NCBI GenBank assembly: GCA_045863295.1
Contig: BTWA01000004.1
Span: forward strand, 128,001 to 192,000
Direction: 5' to 3'
Origin: Candidatus Hydrogenedentota bacterium
GTDB lineage: Bacteria > Hydrogenedentota > Hydrogenedentia > Hydrogenedentales > SLHB01
DNA length: 64,000 bases
Part shown: piece by piece, positions 47,402 through 57,421 of the stretch
Layout of the letters: each line of letters opens with the position of its first letter
Numbering within the stretch: position 1 is the stretch's first letter
Position numbers and translations under genes: made by a program
Notes under the pieces: model-generated
The model's input: the letters and a program-made list of their open reading frames with translations, nothing else
The model's database searches: none
What the model was told of the DNA's origin: nothing

Positions 47402-49524
47402 TAGGACTTCCAGCCGGCAACGGCAATAGTGGCGGTCTCTCCTGCTTCCACGTGAACCGATAGATCCGTCCCGTCGACAACATAGATGCCTGCAGGGCAT
47501 TGCACGGAAGATTTGCCTTCGGCATCGGTGGTGACCGTAATCGCCGCGGGCGAGACCGATTCGAGGTACGATTCGAGGCGCGTCATAACCGGTTTGGGTT
47601 TGCCGTCCGCCGACATCAATCCGCCACCCACCACGGAAGATGCACGGTCGGTGATGTCCCACCAGGTGATCGATTCAATCGAAGGATGTCCATACGCGAT
47701 CGTGTACACAAGCTCGGCAAACTCCGCCTGCAATTCAGGCGACCACTTCTCCCGCCAGTATCCGTTCTTGGCCTCGGGACCGTATTGATCGGGCAGCGAG
47801 AATTCGGTGATGTGAACCGGCTTTCCGAATTCCGCATAGCGATCGGCCAGATCCACCAGCGAGGCCGGCGTCACCGCCGGGCCCTGCAACCCCTGGAAGC
47901 GATCGCCGAACCGGAACCCGGGATAGAACTGCAACCCAACAACATTGAGTTGGGCGAGTTTCCCGGACGCCTGAAGCTGATCGAGGCATTGCGAATACGT
48001 CAACGGAAATGCATTTGCCGGCGTGCCATCCACATTGAAAAGGCTGTACTTCGCGCCAAAATCGATCTCGTGCGCGGCGTTTACCAACGAGACCAATTCC
48101 GGTTTGTACTCGATGCTCTCCGTCGCCGCCGCAAACAATTCGGTGACCTCTTCGCGGGACAGATTGACGGCGTTGGTGGCCGGCGGTTCGTTCATGGATT
48201 CCCAAATCGCAATGTCGTCAAAGTAACTCTCGAGCATGCGCTGCTGGAAGTCGATGGCCGCAAGGCGCAACTCGGCGGAGGGCATCGTGAACGCGCGTTC
48301 GGGCAGGATTCCATATCCCTGCAACCACACGACTCCATGGGCCTTGAGCGTGAATCCCAAGTCCTTCTGTTGTTGTATGCCGTAGGTCTTGTCGACTCCC
48401 GCCGCGTCATTGGTGTCTATCCAGCCCCAGCCCAGAAGCAGCGTGCTCATGTCGAATCCTGCTTCCCGGGCCGCCTTGTACACCGACGGCGTGTATTGTC
48501 CGCCCTCGAATACGCCGAAATGAAATTCCCTGGATTGCAGTTTCAGCGTGATTTCCTGATTCGCGGCAGGCTTGCCGTCGGCGTCCGTAACGGTGAGTTC
48601 GGCGGTGCCGTTGCGAAGCGAAGGCGCTGACGCCTTGGCCAAAGCCACTTCCAACTCGTCCCGCAGCCTGAGCGCAATCACGAGCAGTTCATCGGCTTTC
48701 GACGCCTGCTCCAAGGGGTCCTCGATTGCGGCGATCGCTCCGGAGGCGGCACTGAGCGCGGCGATTTCCAAACGGCTGGATTCCGGGAAATGACTGGATC
48801 GGCGGACCAGATCGGCAACCGCCGTGCGCGCGAGTTCCAGGTTCAAATCGATCACCATCGTCTCGCCTGGCGTGGCGGGAGCGAATCCCTTGCCCGCATT
48901 GTCTGCGCGCAACCACAGTTTCCCGTAGCCCCGCGTCTCCCAAAAGAGTACCTGCACGGCGCACGGCTCTCCCGGCTTCACGGCGAGTGCGGGCAGACCG
49001 ATTTCACGCGCGGACCCTTTTTGCCTCGCTTCCTCGTCATACACGGGCCAGATCACGGCCGGGGCCATGTCCATCTTCAAGTTGGTGGCGTAAATAAACT
49101 GATCGCCATGAAGACCGCGTGCGCGGAATTCCTGCCATCGCAAGAGATTGCCGTTGGAATCGCGTGCACGGACGGCGATGGTTGCGACTTCCGGCAGCGT
49201 AAGGGTTGGCGTTGGCTCGCCCTGGTACTTGTACACTCGAGGCGAATGGGCGTATCCCGCAATGCCGTCCACCGGATTGCCCGCGGGCGGCTGCACGACG
49301 AGATGGCCGGTCGCGGGCATGGTATCCACGGGAATGGAGAAGGCGCCGTCCGACCCTGTAAGCCCTTGCCCAAGAGAATCAAATGTATCCGAGAAAAGTC
49401 CGACATACACGGACGCAATTGGCGCGCCCTGCTCGGACTTCACGGTACCGGTAAAGGCGGCGCCGGCCTGTAGGTTCGCCGCCGCCAGCAGGATTACCGA
49501 TGTCAGCAGGCCGCGAAGTTTCAT
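47401..49524 (-). CDS. Secreted GH10-like (clan GH-A) glycoside hydrolase with N-terminal carboxypeptidase-regulatory-like domain
   Basis: Signal peptide; KAHGVVW, WESMNEP (acid/base), GKPVHITEF (nucleophile), ITWWD. Confidence 0.8.
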   Translation of the reverse strand: MKLRGLLTSVILLAAANLQAGAAFTGTVKSEQGAPIASVYVGLFSDTFDSLGQGLTGSDGAFSIPVDTMPATGHLVVQPPAGNPVDGIAGYAHSPRVYKYQGEPTPTLTLPEVATIAVRARDSNGNLLRWQEFRARGLHGDQFIYATNLKMDMAPAVIWPVYDEEARQKGSAREIGLPALAVKPGEPCAVQVLFWETRGYGKLWLRADNAGKGFAPATPGETMVIDLNLELARTAVADLVRRSSHFPESSRLEIAALSAASGAIAAIEDPLEQASKADELLVIALRLRDELEVALAKASAPSLRNGTAELTVTDADGKPAANQEITLKLQSREFHFGVFEGGQYTPSVYKAAREAGFDMSTLLLGWGWIDTNDAAGVDKTYGIQQQKDLGFTLKAHGVVWLQGYGILPERAFTMPSAELRLAAIDFQQRMLESYFDDIAIWESMNEPPATNAVNLSREEVTELFAAATESIEYKPELVSLVNAAHEIDFGAKYSLFNVDGTPANAFPLTYSQCLDQLQASGKLAQLNVVGLQFYPGFRFGDRFQGLQGPAVTPASLVDLADRYAEFGKPVHITEFSLPDQYGPEAKNGYWREKWSPELQAEFAELVYTIAYGHPSIESITWWDITDRASSVVGGGLMSADGKPKPVMTRLESYLESVSPAAITVTTDAEGKSSVQCPAGIYVVDGTDLSVHVEAGETATIAVAGWKS

Positions 49525-51044
49525 CGAGTTCGAGCGCCTTTGGCTGTGGAACCGCCGTTGGCCGCTTTGGCTTCCTGATCCGCGGCATAGGCATAGGGCA
49601 GCGTGGAAGCAATGACCACGACCATCCACCAGATCTTCTGGTTGAGTCCGTGCAGGAAAAACGAGCACATGAGAAATGCCACGAGACTAATCACAACGGC
49701 CCCGGACAGCAGCGCCATGGGCTGATCGCCCGCAGCACGATACAGTTTCTCCGCGCGCATGGCGTTTCGAAACGCGACAAAGACAAAGGCCAGCAACAGC
49801 AACAACCCGACAAATCCCGTTTCGCTCGCCAATTGCAGATACATGCTGTGCGGTCCGTAGTGGATGGGATCCCAGCCCCAATAACGAACCATCCAACGGA
49901 GCATTTGGGCGACCCAACTGTTCTCTTCCATGAACTTGAATCCGAATCCACCCAGACCGATGCCCGTAATGGGCCTGTCAAGCGCATATTGATAGGCATA
50001 TTCCTGAAGCTCAATGCGCGCTTCCGTGGACTGGCCCTCGTCGTAGATTTTCGGACTGAGCACACGGTCTTTATACGCCTCAGGCAGCACAAGCCAGACG
50101 ATGACCAGACCCACGGCCAATGCCGAAAGCCGGTACGGACTCAACCGCATCATCTGTTTGCCGAGCATGAGGGTAACGATGACCACGCCGACGATAAAAC
50201 CCATGCGGGTGAACGTCAGCACTAGCGCAATCAATTCGACCCCGATCGCACCGTACACGAGCAGTCTCTGGCGGCGCGTCTTGGCCATTGAATACCAATA
50301 GGTATTCAGCGGGAGAATCATCAGCAGCGCGTAGGCCAGCCACGTCGAGTGACCTAACGTGCCGGATACGCGCACGGCGCCGCCGCCGCTGCCCAACTCC
50401 GGATCGATGAACGCACCGCTCTGTCCACCGCCAATGGCTTCGATGCCCCCCACGCCGGAAAACTGCATGCTGGGAACAAGATATTGCATCACGGCGAAAA
50501 GGGACATGCCAACGCCGCAAGCGAGGATCAGGGAAACGTAGGTCTTCACCTTTTTCGAATCGTCGATGATGTGGATCGCGATAATGAACAGGACCACCAC
50601 GTTCGCGAGCCGGCCCCATTGCGGAGCTAGCACCCCCCACATTTCCTGTACCTGCCAGATGATTCCCAGGGCGGCCCAAGCCATGAAAGCCACCGCGAAC
50701 CAAAAATCCGAGTGAACTTTGATCGGCCGCCGGGTCACCAGCAGATTAAAGAACCAGGCGCCCACGGTTGCCAGTCCGCTCAACTTGGGCGCGGCCTGCG
50801 GGATGCTGACGGAAATGCCGGCCAAGGACAGGTTCAACCCGCCCATCAGCAGCAGGGCTGTCGTGATATAGAGGCCGATTGCGGGGTCACGCAAGTAAAT
50901 CACAAAGAAGAAACAGCCGATCACGAAGGCCAGCCCGAGTTCGGCCCAGCCGACCGTGGCAACGATGACACATGCGGCGAAAGCCACAATCAGAAATGGG
51001 GCGACAAGACTGCGTGGTTGAGCCGATTGGGTCGCGGCGGTCAT
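49521..51044 (-). CDS. O-antigen ligase/Wzy-family polymerase
   Basis: Multi-TM; RVSGTLGH, LTFTR, R...GIGLG.F, PHSMYLQLASETG. Confidence 0.9.
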   Translation of the reverse strand: MTAATQSAQPRSLVAPFLIVAFAACVIVATVGWAELGLAFVIGCFFFVIYLRDPAIGLYITTALLLMGGLNLSLAGISVSIPQAAPKLSGLATVGAWFFNLLVTRRPIKVHSDFWFAVAFMAWAALGIIWQVQEMWGVLAPQWGRLANVVVLFIIAIHIIDDSKKVKTYVSLILACGVGMSLFAVMQYLVPSMQFSGVGGIEAIGGGQSGAFIDPELGSGGGAVRVSGTLGHSTWLAYALLMILPLNTYWYSMAKTRRQRLLVYGAIGVELIALVLTFTRMGFIVGVVIVTLMLGKQMMRLSPYRLSALAVGLVIVWLVLPEAYKDRVLSPKIYDEGQSTEARIELQEYAYQYALDRPITGIGLGGFGFKFMEENSWVAQMLRWMVRYWGWDPIHYGPHSMYLQLASETGFVGLLLLLAFVFVAFRNAMRAEKLYRAAGDQPMALLSGAVVISLVAFLMCSFFLHGLNQKIWWMVVVIASTLPYAYAADQEAKAANGGSTAKGARTR

Positions 51045-51115
51045 AAGCGCGGACGCTCCTTGGGTTTCGGTACCGACCCGGCATACAAGGGCCTGCGCAC
51101 AGGTCGCAGTCTATC

Positions 51116-51155
51116 CTACATATAGTAGACGGATTTGTCCACCCTCAGGATATAG
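51116..51155. promoter_or_regulatory. NrdR-box-like pair upstream of the wzy-like gene
   Basis: Cores CTACATATAG (51116) and CAGGATATAG (51146), 30 bp apart. Confidence 0.4.
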
Positions 51156-51298
51156 TGTATACGAAAATCTGAATTTCGTAAATAGCCATCTACTTGGTCA
51201 AGCGTTAAACCCGGCTCCGCTACGCTAGACACCGTTGCCAAATGCCGGGATTTCCCCGCTGAGAGAGCAACCGGTGCGCGACCCCGCGCCATCCGGTC

Positions 51299-51499
51299 TC
51301 AGGATAACCACTTGGGGGCGTGCCCTACTACAATCCATTGGTCTTCCAATTTGCGAAGACAGTAGAGCCCCCCTGCGGCGCTCAGCGCCCCCTCGTAGTA
51401 CTCGCCCTAGGCAGTAGCGTACGAGTTGCTGAACCTCGTCGAGCATCCTGTGAGGACGAACAAAATGATCTGGAGTGTCGCCGCAATAGTCTTGCTCAT
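51299..51499 (-). pseudogene. Interrupted small lipoprotein gene
   Basis: MSKTIAATLQIILFVLTG-C lipobox, TAG at 51407-51409, frame continues GEYYEGALSAAG..Y.LRK...WIVV...WLS; ATGA coupling to the upstream gene. Confidence 0.55.
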
Positions 51500-51801
51500 G
51501 GGTAGCGTGACTCCGCGGCAAGAATCAGTGCCTCGCATTCGTCCTCGTTCTGCGGTTTGACAAGGCTAAACCGTCCGCACTTTGGACACTCCATCAAGGA
51601 TCCTGTATATCGGGCGGATCGCGACAAGGCCTTCAGCTTGGCCTCTTTTCCTTTTGCTTCGAGCCACTTCTTTTCGGCGCGGATGTACTTCATGTGGTCC
51701 TCGTCTGCCACGACCATGTAGGTCTTGTAGGGCCGTGGCCTATTGGATTGCTGGGCCTTCAGGCTGGCCATTACGTAGTTGTATCCACAGGAACAGGTCA
51801 T
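51496..51801 (-). CDS. Small hypothetical Zn-ribbon-like protein
   Basis: CSCG at the N-terminus and CPKCG near the C-terminus; GGGAGG RBS. Confidence 0.75.
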   Translation of the reverse strand: MTCSCGYNYVMASLKAQQSNRPRPYKTYMVVADEDHMKYIRAEKKWLEAKGKEAKLKALSRSARYTGSLMECPKCGRFSLVKPQNEDECEALILAAESRYP

Positions 51802-51948
51802 TGAAGCAACCTCCCGTTGTTGGCTAGTCACTATAATGGACATGGATCAAGGAAAGAAGACAATTGGGCAAATAAGGCGATGCCCCGCCGGCTAGATTCC
51901 GCCGGAGGCGATTTGTCACACTTGCGGGCAACTCAAGGGGAATGTGCG

Positions 51949-52698
51949 ATGTCCATGCCGAATGATGTTCCGGGGGCGAAGTTGCGCCTGGGTGATGTCG
52001 TTATTGATGTGCGTTTTGCCGTGGTGGCTTTTTTGGGCACTTTCCTCCCAATATTGTTTGTCTACCGGGGTACGGTCGCGAGGCTGTTTCCATTCCTCCC
52101 TCAGTCGTGGCACGGCATGCTGGGCCAGGGCATTCTTGAAATGGCACACATGCAGTTCATTCTATTTTTTGCGGTGCCGATTCTCGTGGTCATTTTTGCG
52201 TTCCGCGATCATCCCGAGGACTATGGTTTGGCCATCGGCCGCTGGCGCGAAGGATTGATTTGGACTTTTTCGCTTTGTCCGGCAATCGCCGTAGTGCTGT
52301 GGTTCACGGTTCCGACGGGCAACATTGATCAGTATTACCGCGCAATCTATTACGGAGCCAATGCTGGCGGCGGATCGGAATGGTTGCAGCACGGCCGCAT
52401 GATCTACACGTCCGTGCTTCAACTCTGGGGTTGGGAATATCTGTTGCGGGGATTTCTGCTCTTTGGCACAGCACGGATCATTGGACCGGGGCCTGCCATT
52501 TTTCTGCAGATGATTCCTTTCGCATTCGGGCATGTGTCCAAGCCCGAACTGGAAACGATGAGCACCTTATTCACCGGTCTGGGTATGGGATTCATCGCGT
52601 GGCGCACGCGCACGTTTCTCTATGTCTTCCTCATCCATTGTTTCATTCTGGTGTTTGCCAACTTGATGGCATCCGGAGTGTTCAGTCCGTCGCCGTAG
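51949..52698 (+). CDS. CPBP (CAAX/Abi) family intramembrane metalloprotease
   Basis: WEYLLRGF, FAFGH.SKP..E, RTRTF...HC; multi-TM. Confidence 0.88.
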   Translation: MSMPNDVPGAKLRLGDVVIDVRFAVVAFLGTFLPILFVYRGTVARLFPFLPQSWHGMLGQGILEMAHMQFILFFAVPILVVIFAFRDHPEDYGLAIGRWREGLIWTFSLCPAIAVVLWFTVPTGNIDQYYRAIYYGANAGGGSEWLQHGRMIYTSVLQLWGWEYLLRGFLLFGTARIIGPGPAIFLQMIPFAFGHVSKPELETMSTLFTGLGMGFIAWRTRTFLYVFLIHCFILVFANLMASGVFSPSP

Positions 52699-53545
52699 GA
52701 TTTCCCCAAGTTTTTACGAAGGGATCGCCTGACTGCGCGCGGGCGCGGGTGGTGTTGGTCCGCCACCGGGTGTCTTCCATTCGCTCGAACCACGGCTGGC
52801 CCAGGCAACTCGCCCGTTGGGCGATGGATTCGAAAATGCGGTGGGCGATGACCAAGTTACCGGCCCGGTTGGCATGTACGCCGTCCGGGTCGATTAGCCA
52901 ATCCGCGCCGCCCTCCGCCTGCCAGACATCGGCCAGAATACACCCGTATTCCTTTGCGAGGCCGCGAATGCAATCGTTGTATTGCAGCGTGAGTTCGACC
53001 GATCCCTTGTCGTAGGGCGGATAACTTTTCCACCCGGTCATGTAGTAGACGGTGGTAAGCACAATTACCGGATCGCAGGCCGATTTCACGTCGCGGATGA
53101 TTGTGGACATATCCTCGCGAAATTCCTCGATGGGCATGCCGGCGCGCATGTCATTCAATCCATAACAGAGAATGAACAAATCGGGATCCCGATCGATCAC
53201 ATCTTGCTTATACCGTTCCAGGGCACTGGGCTTGCGGGAGTTTTCGTAACCGGGACTGCGCGGCGAAATCGCATTCGCGCCGATGCCTGCGTTGTAATAC
53301 TTCAGGCGCTTGCGCTGCGTCTTGGAAATCAGTTTGGCGAGAACATCCGCATACCGGTGTCTCTTGCTTGCCAGCCAGGGCCCGCCTTCCACTGTGCTTT
53401 CGCCCAGGATGACCATGCGTTCAAACGGCTCCGGCCTGAGATCGACCGATCGTTCGAATTCGGGCGGCGGAGCCGTTTCGGCGGGCGCCTGCCCGGTGCT
53501 CAGTGTCGCGATGATGGTCAATACAGTATACACGCAAGCATTCAT
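52682..53545 (-). CDS. SGNH/GDSL hydrolase
   Basis: LGESTVEG, NAGIG, YGLND, DGVHAN; signal peptide. Confidence 0.9.
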   Translation of the reverse strand: MNACVYTVLTIIATLSTGQAPAETAPPPEFERSVDLRPEPFERMVILGESTVEGGPWLASKRHRYADVLAKLISKTQRKRLKYYNAGIGANAISPRSPGYENSRKPSALERYKQDVIDRDPDLFILCYGLNDMRAGMPIEEFREDMSTIIRDVKSACDPVIVLTTVYYMTGWKSYPPYDKGSVELTLQYNDCIRGLAKEYGCILADVWQAEGGADWLIDPDGVHANRAGNLVIAHRIFESIAQRASCLGQPWFERMEDTRWRTNTTRARAQSGDPFVKTWGNPTATD

Positions 53546-53678
53546 GGTTCCCCCCAATGCGCGGCCTTTCACGGCCGCATCCCAGCACGATACGCCACTT
53601 GCATATATTGTTTCACCCGTGCAATTGCTCCCGGCGGTGCCGATTGTTTACCCTTCGCACGGAAGGAGTCCGTCTACG

Positions 53679-54431
53679 GTGTTTGAAGGGAAAAAAGTCG
53701 TGGTCGTCATGCCGGCGTACAATGCCGCGCAAACGTTGCGCCGCACCCATGACGAGGTGCTGGCGCAGGGTATCGTTGACCACGTGATTGTCGTGGACGA
53801 TGCGAGTTCGGACGAGACTACCGCGATTGCCCGCGAATTGCCCCATACCACGGTCTACACCCACGAGAGGAACCGGGGGTACGGTGGAAATCAGAAGACG
53901 TGCTACCGGCTTGCGCTTGAGATGAACGCCGATATCGTGATTATGGTGCATCCGGACTATCAGTACACGCCAAAATTGATTCCAGCCATGGCTACGCTCA
54001 TCGGCCACGGCCTGTATCCCTGTGTGCTGGGTTCCCGGATCCTGGGCGGGCATGCCCGATCCGGCGGTATGGTTTGGTGGCGATACATTTCGAACCGCTT
54101 CCTAACTCTGTTCGGTAACGTATTGATGGGATCAAAGTTATCGGAGTTCCACACCGGCTACCGCGCGTTTTCGGGCGCACTTCTCCAAAAACTGCCGTTG
54201 CATGCAAATTCCAACGACTTCGTATTTGACAACCAGATGCTTGCGCAAATTCTTTTCCGCGGAGAGCCCATAGGCGAAGTGTCGTGTCCGACGAAGTATT
54301 TTGCCGAGGCATCGTCAATCAATTTCGCCCGCAGTGTGAAATACGGATTGGGCTGCCTATCTACGGCCCTTCAATTCCGGTTGGCCAAATGGGGTTTGCT
54401 GCGGCCCGCGATATTCTTTGATGCACACTAA
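53679..54431 (+). CDS. GT2 glycosyltransferase (DPM1-like)
   Basis: VVMPAYNA, VDDASSD, NRGYGGNQK, HPDYQY, GSR, HTGYRAF. Confidence 0.95.
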   Translation: MFEGKKVVVVMPAYNAAQTLRRTHDEVLAQGIVDHVIVVDDASSDETTAIARELPHTTVYTHERNRGYGGNQKTCYRLALEMNADIVIMVHPDYQYTPKLIPAMATLIGHGLYPCVLGSRILGGHARSGGMVWWRYISNRFLTLFGNVLMGSKLSEFHTGYRAFSGALLQKLPLHANSNDFVFDNQMLAQILFRGEPIGEVSCPTKYFAEASSINFARSVKYGLGCLSTALQFRLAKWGLLRPAIFFDAH

Positions 54432-55197
54432 AAATCGCTTCCAGGATTTCTTTGAGGAGGGCAAATATGTCGTTCTCAAGAATTATCTCTACAACTACCG
54501 GCTTCGAAAGCGCGCCATAGAATCCCTTGTCGACCGGATTCAACCCGATACTATTCTGGAGATCGGAAGCGGCATTTCACCGGTGGTGACAACCGCCGAT
54601 CGGGTTGTCTATTCCGAACTTTCCACGCTGGCACTATCCACGCTGCGGCGTATTCATCCGCAGGGCGCGCACGTGGCCGCGGACGCCACCCGACTCCCCT
54701 TTGGAGATGGCGCGTTTCATATTGGGATTGGATCGGAGGTTTTCGAACATTTGCCAGACGACCGGACGGCCTTGCATGAACTAGCCCGCGTGATCCGGCC
54801 GGGCGGGCGGTTGATTGTGACGTTTCCCCACCGGCAGTTCTACTTTGCAAACGACGATCGGTTCGTCCATCACTTCCGCCGGTACGAATTGGCAGACATG
54901 GTGGAGAAACTGGAGTCCGCCGGACTTCGCGTGACACAGGTTCGTACGATATTGGGACCGCTGGAAAAGATCACGATGATGATTACAGTCGCGTGCTTTG
55001 CTCTCGCCCAGCGTGCCGGCGGCAACCGGCAGAAGAACGGAGGCTCCAGTATCGGACTGAAACTGTTGGCGCCTGCATTCGATTGGGCGAACAAATTGTA
55101 CGCGTGTTTCGCCTGGGCCGACGCTCGAATTACTCCCCGCCGGTTTGCCACCGTGTTGCTTGTAGAAGCCGAAAAACCTTCCTCCAAATCGAATTGA
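54421..55197 (+). CDS. Class I SAM-dependent methyltransferase
   Basis: ILEIGSG, ADATRLPF, EVFEHL, RVIRPGG, HFRRY. Confidence 0.9.
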   Translation: MHTKNRFQDFFEEGKYVVLKNYLYNYRLRKRAIESLVDRIQPDTILEIGSGISPVVTTADRVVYSELSTLALSTLRRIHPQGAHVAADATRLPFGDGAFHIGIGSEVFEHLPDDRTALHELARVIRPGGRLIVTFPHRQFYFANDDRFVHHFRRYELADMVEKLESAGLRVTQVRTILGPLEKITMMITVACFALAQRAGGNRQKNGGSSIGLKLLAPAFDWANKLYACFAWADARITPRRFATVLLVEAEKPSSKSN

Positions 55198-55364
55198 ACC
55201 CCGCTTGTCAGAGGATATCTGTCAACAAGCGTAGGACTGTCTCTACAGCATGGTCCCCGGAGAAATGTCCGGCCGTCACCGTGTGTACTTTTTATGGACG
55301 GCGCTTTGCGTGTCCAAATGAATAGAGGCGGCACACATGCGTCTCCTGGATGTGAAACTTGTTG

Positions 55365-55390
55365 GGAACCTCCGGGTATTAATCAGCGTC
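55365..55390 (+). promoter_or_regulatory. Possible ECF sigma promoter
   Basis: GGAAC-N17-CGTC upstream of the AGGAGG RBS of the 55416 gene. Confidence 0.35.
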
Positions 55391-55415
55391 GAGAGGCGCG
55401 GAATAGGAGGCAGTC

Positions 55416-56336
55416 ATGGCGGAGAGCAAATCAGAACGTATCGCAAAGTCCGTGTTTTTTTGGGGACTTTGGGTGTTGGCGGCGTGGGTGTTTACGGCGC
55501 ATTCGGTGGTGGTAGAGCCGGCGTCGATCACGTTCACCGCGCCGAATCAGACACACATTATCACGATCAGCTCCGGCGGTCAGCCTGTGGGCGCGGGTCA
55601 CATAAAGCCCACGGTGTACGTGGGGCCAAACGACTACAACGAGATGTTCACGTTCAGCAAGGCGGACGGCACATTGTCCGTATCGTCCATAGACTACACG
55701 CAGGCCGGGGTGTTTGATCTCATTATCGACACCAACGATGGTCAGGGACGCGTGCAGATTTATGCGCCGCTGAGCGACGTGCCGGACGTATTGCAAACGA
55801 TGGCCAAAGCGGAAGGCACGACGGTAGAAGCCGTGCGCGAAAGATTGGGCATGAGCGAGTCCTTGCGCGGGCACGCCGAGATTGGACTTCCTCCGGTCAT
55901 GTATGAAGGTCAGTTGTTGACGCTGACCATGCCGGTCAAGCAAGGCAACAAGCCGGTGTGGGAAGTGAACGGTACACCGCTGCAAACCGATTCGGCGACG
56001 TTGAATCATGTATTCAAGGAGCCGGGATCGTATGTGGTGACCTACCGAGAGAAAGCAGGCACTGAAGTGGTTGCCACGGCGAGCGCCGCGACCCAAGTAG
56101 TGCCCTACCCCGCCATACCGTGGGAAGTGCCGACGCGCGCGGAATTGACGTTTCCCACCATTCCGGGTTACAGCATCGTCACGTGGACTTTGGACGGAAA
56201 CCCGGTTGAGGGACCCTCGGCCACGCGCAAATACGTGTTGACCAAGGGCACGCATACGCTTGAGTGTCTGGCACGAAACCCGGATTCGGATGCATTCAGG
56301 CGGATAACGTACGCGATTACGGTCAAAGGACCGTGA
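55416..56336 (+). CDS. Hypothetical exported protein with PKD/Ig-like beta domains
   Basis: Signal peptide/TM; PVWEVNG...HVFKEPGSYVVT and WTLDG...GTHTLEC. Confidence 0.75.
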   Translation: MAESKSERIAKSVFFWGLWVLAAWVFTAHSVVVEPASITFTAPNQTHIITISSGGQPVGAGHIKPTVYVGPNDYNEMFTFSKADGTLSVSSIDYTQAGVFDLIIDTNDGQGRVQIYAPLSDVPDVLQTMAKAEGTTVEAVRERLGMSESLRGHAEIGLPPVMYEGQLLTLTMPVKQGNKPVWEVNGTPLQTDSATLNHVFKEPGSYVVTYREKAGTEVVATASAATQVVPYPAIPWEVPTRAELTFPTIPGYSIVTWTLDGNPVEGPSATRKYVLTKGTHTLECLARNPDSDAFRRITYAITVKGP

Positions 56337-56359
56337 CCGTGCCTCGAGCGCCGCACGTA

Positions 56360-57421
56360 TCAGCCATATCGAGCCCGAAGCCGCTTAGCGGCTTCGGCTT
56401 CGTTGGAAAGTTTGGCGTAGGCTTCGTCAATGGGGATTTCAGCCGCGTTCCCTGGAGCGAATCCACAATCGGGGTTGAGGTAGACCCGATCCGGTGAAAT
56501 GTGTTGGAGCGCCTTTTCCACTCGATCCACGATGAGTTCGGGCGAATCGATGGTTTCTCCCCGGCAGTCAACGCAGCCCAGACCCACGGAGCGATCTTCG
56601 GGGAGTTCCCGCAACACGGACAAGTCGCCCGCGACGGGGATGGTGAATTCCATCACGTACTGATTTACGTTCAGACGTTTGAGGCCGTCGAGAATGGGAT
56701 CGTATCCGCCTTCACCGACCCAGCCGGACCGGGCTTTATTGCGGCGGCACAAGTGCACCGCGGTGGTCACGCCCTTCACGCCATCGAGAATCTGATTGAG
56801 CAATCCAACGCACAGATCGACTTCGCGACTCGGATTGTCAAACTTCGCGCGCACGTTGGCATCCACAAACAGACATAGGTGCGGGTCGTCAAACTGAACG
56901 ATGTCGGCACCTGCTTCCACCAATAGTTCCAGTTCCTTGCGGAGAATGGGAACCAGTGCTTCCATAAACTTCTCGCGTGTGGAATAGGCCGCGGATGAGC
57001 GCTCAGCATCCCACATGCGCGTGCCCAGGAGATATGGAGAGGGTAGCGCGACCTTGATCATGCGTGTTGTACGCGAGCGGAGGTAAGCGGCCTCTTGCGC
57101 CGCGAGTCCGGGCCGGCTGTGACGCATGGGCTCGACGACGGTGTGCCACCAGACGCCCTCCTTTCGCTCCAACAAGAATCCGTCGCAGACATCTGAAATG
57201 ATTCCAATGTAGGAACGTCTGCGATACTCGCCGTCGCTGACGATATCCAACCCGGCGGATTCCTGGAGCGCCAGGATATAGTCCACAGCGGCGTCCATTC
57301 GTTTTTTGAAATCGACGGGATCGGCGGGGGTCTTGTCGGGGTCAAGCAGATCACGAACGAATTGCGATCGCGGCATACTTCCAACGATGCCTGCGGGAAA
57401 GAGCGGGCGTTGGGTCGTCAT
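56360..57421 (-). CDS. Cobalamin-independent methionine synthase catalytic-domain family protein (core/MetE-C only)
   Basis: VGSMPR, GLDIVSDGEYRR, QFDDP, HLC, PDCGF. Confidence 0.9.
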   Translation of the reverse strand: MTTQRPLFPAGIVGSMPRSQFVRDLLDPDKTPADPVDFKKRMDAAVDYILALQESAGLDIVSDGEYRRRSYIGIISDVCDGFLLERKEGVWWHTVVEPMRHSRPGLAAQEAAYLRSRTTRMIKVALPSPYLLGTRMWDAERSSAAYSTREKFMEALVPILRKELELLVEAGADIVQFDDPHLCLFVDANVRAKFDNPSREVDLCVGLLNQILDGVKGVTTAVHLCRRNKARSGWVGEGGYDPILDGLKRLNVNQYVMEFTIPVAGDLSVLRELPEDRSVGLGCVDCRGETIDSPELIVDRVEKALQHISPDRVYLNPDCGFAPGNAAEIPIDEAYAKLSNEAEAAKRLRARYG

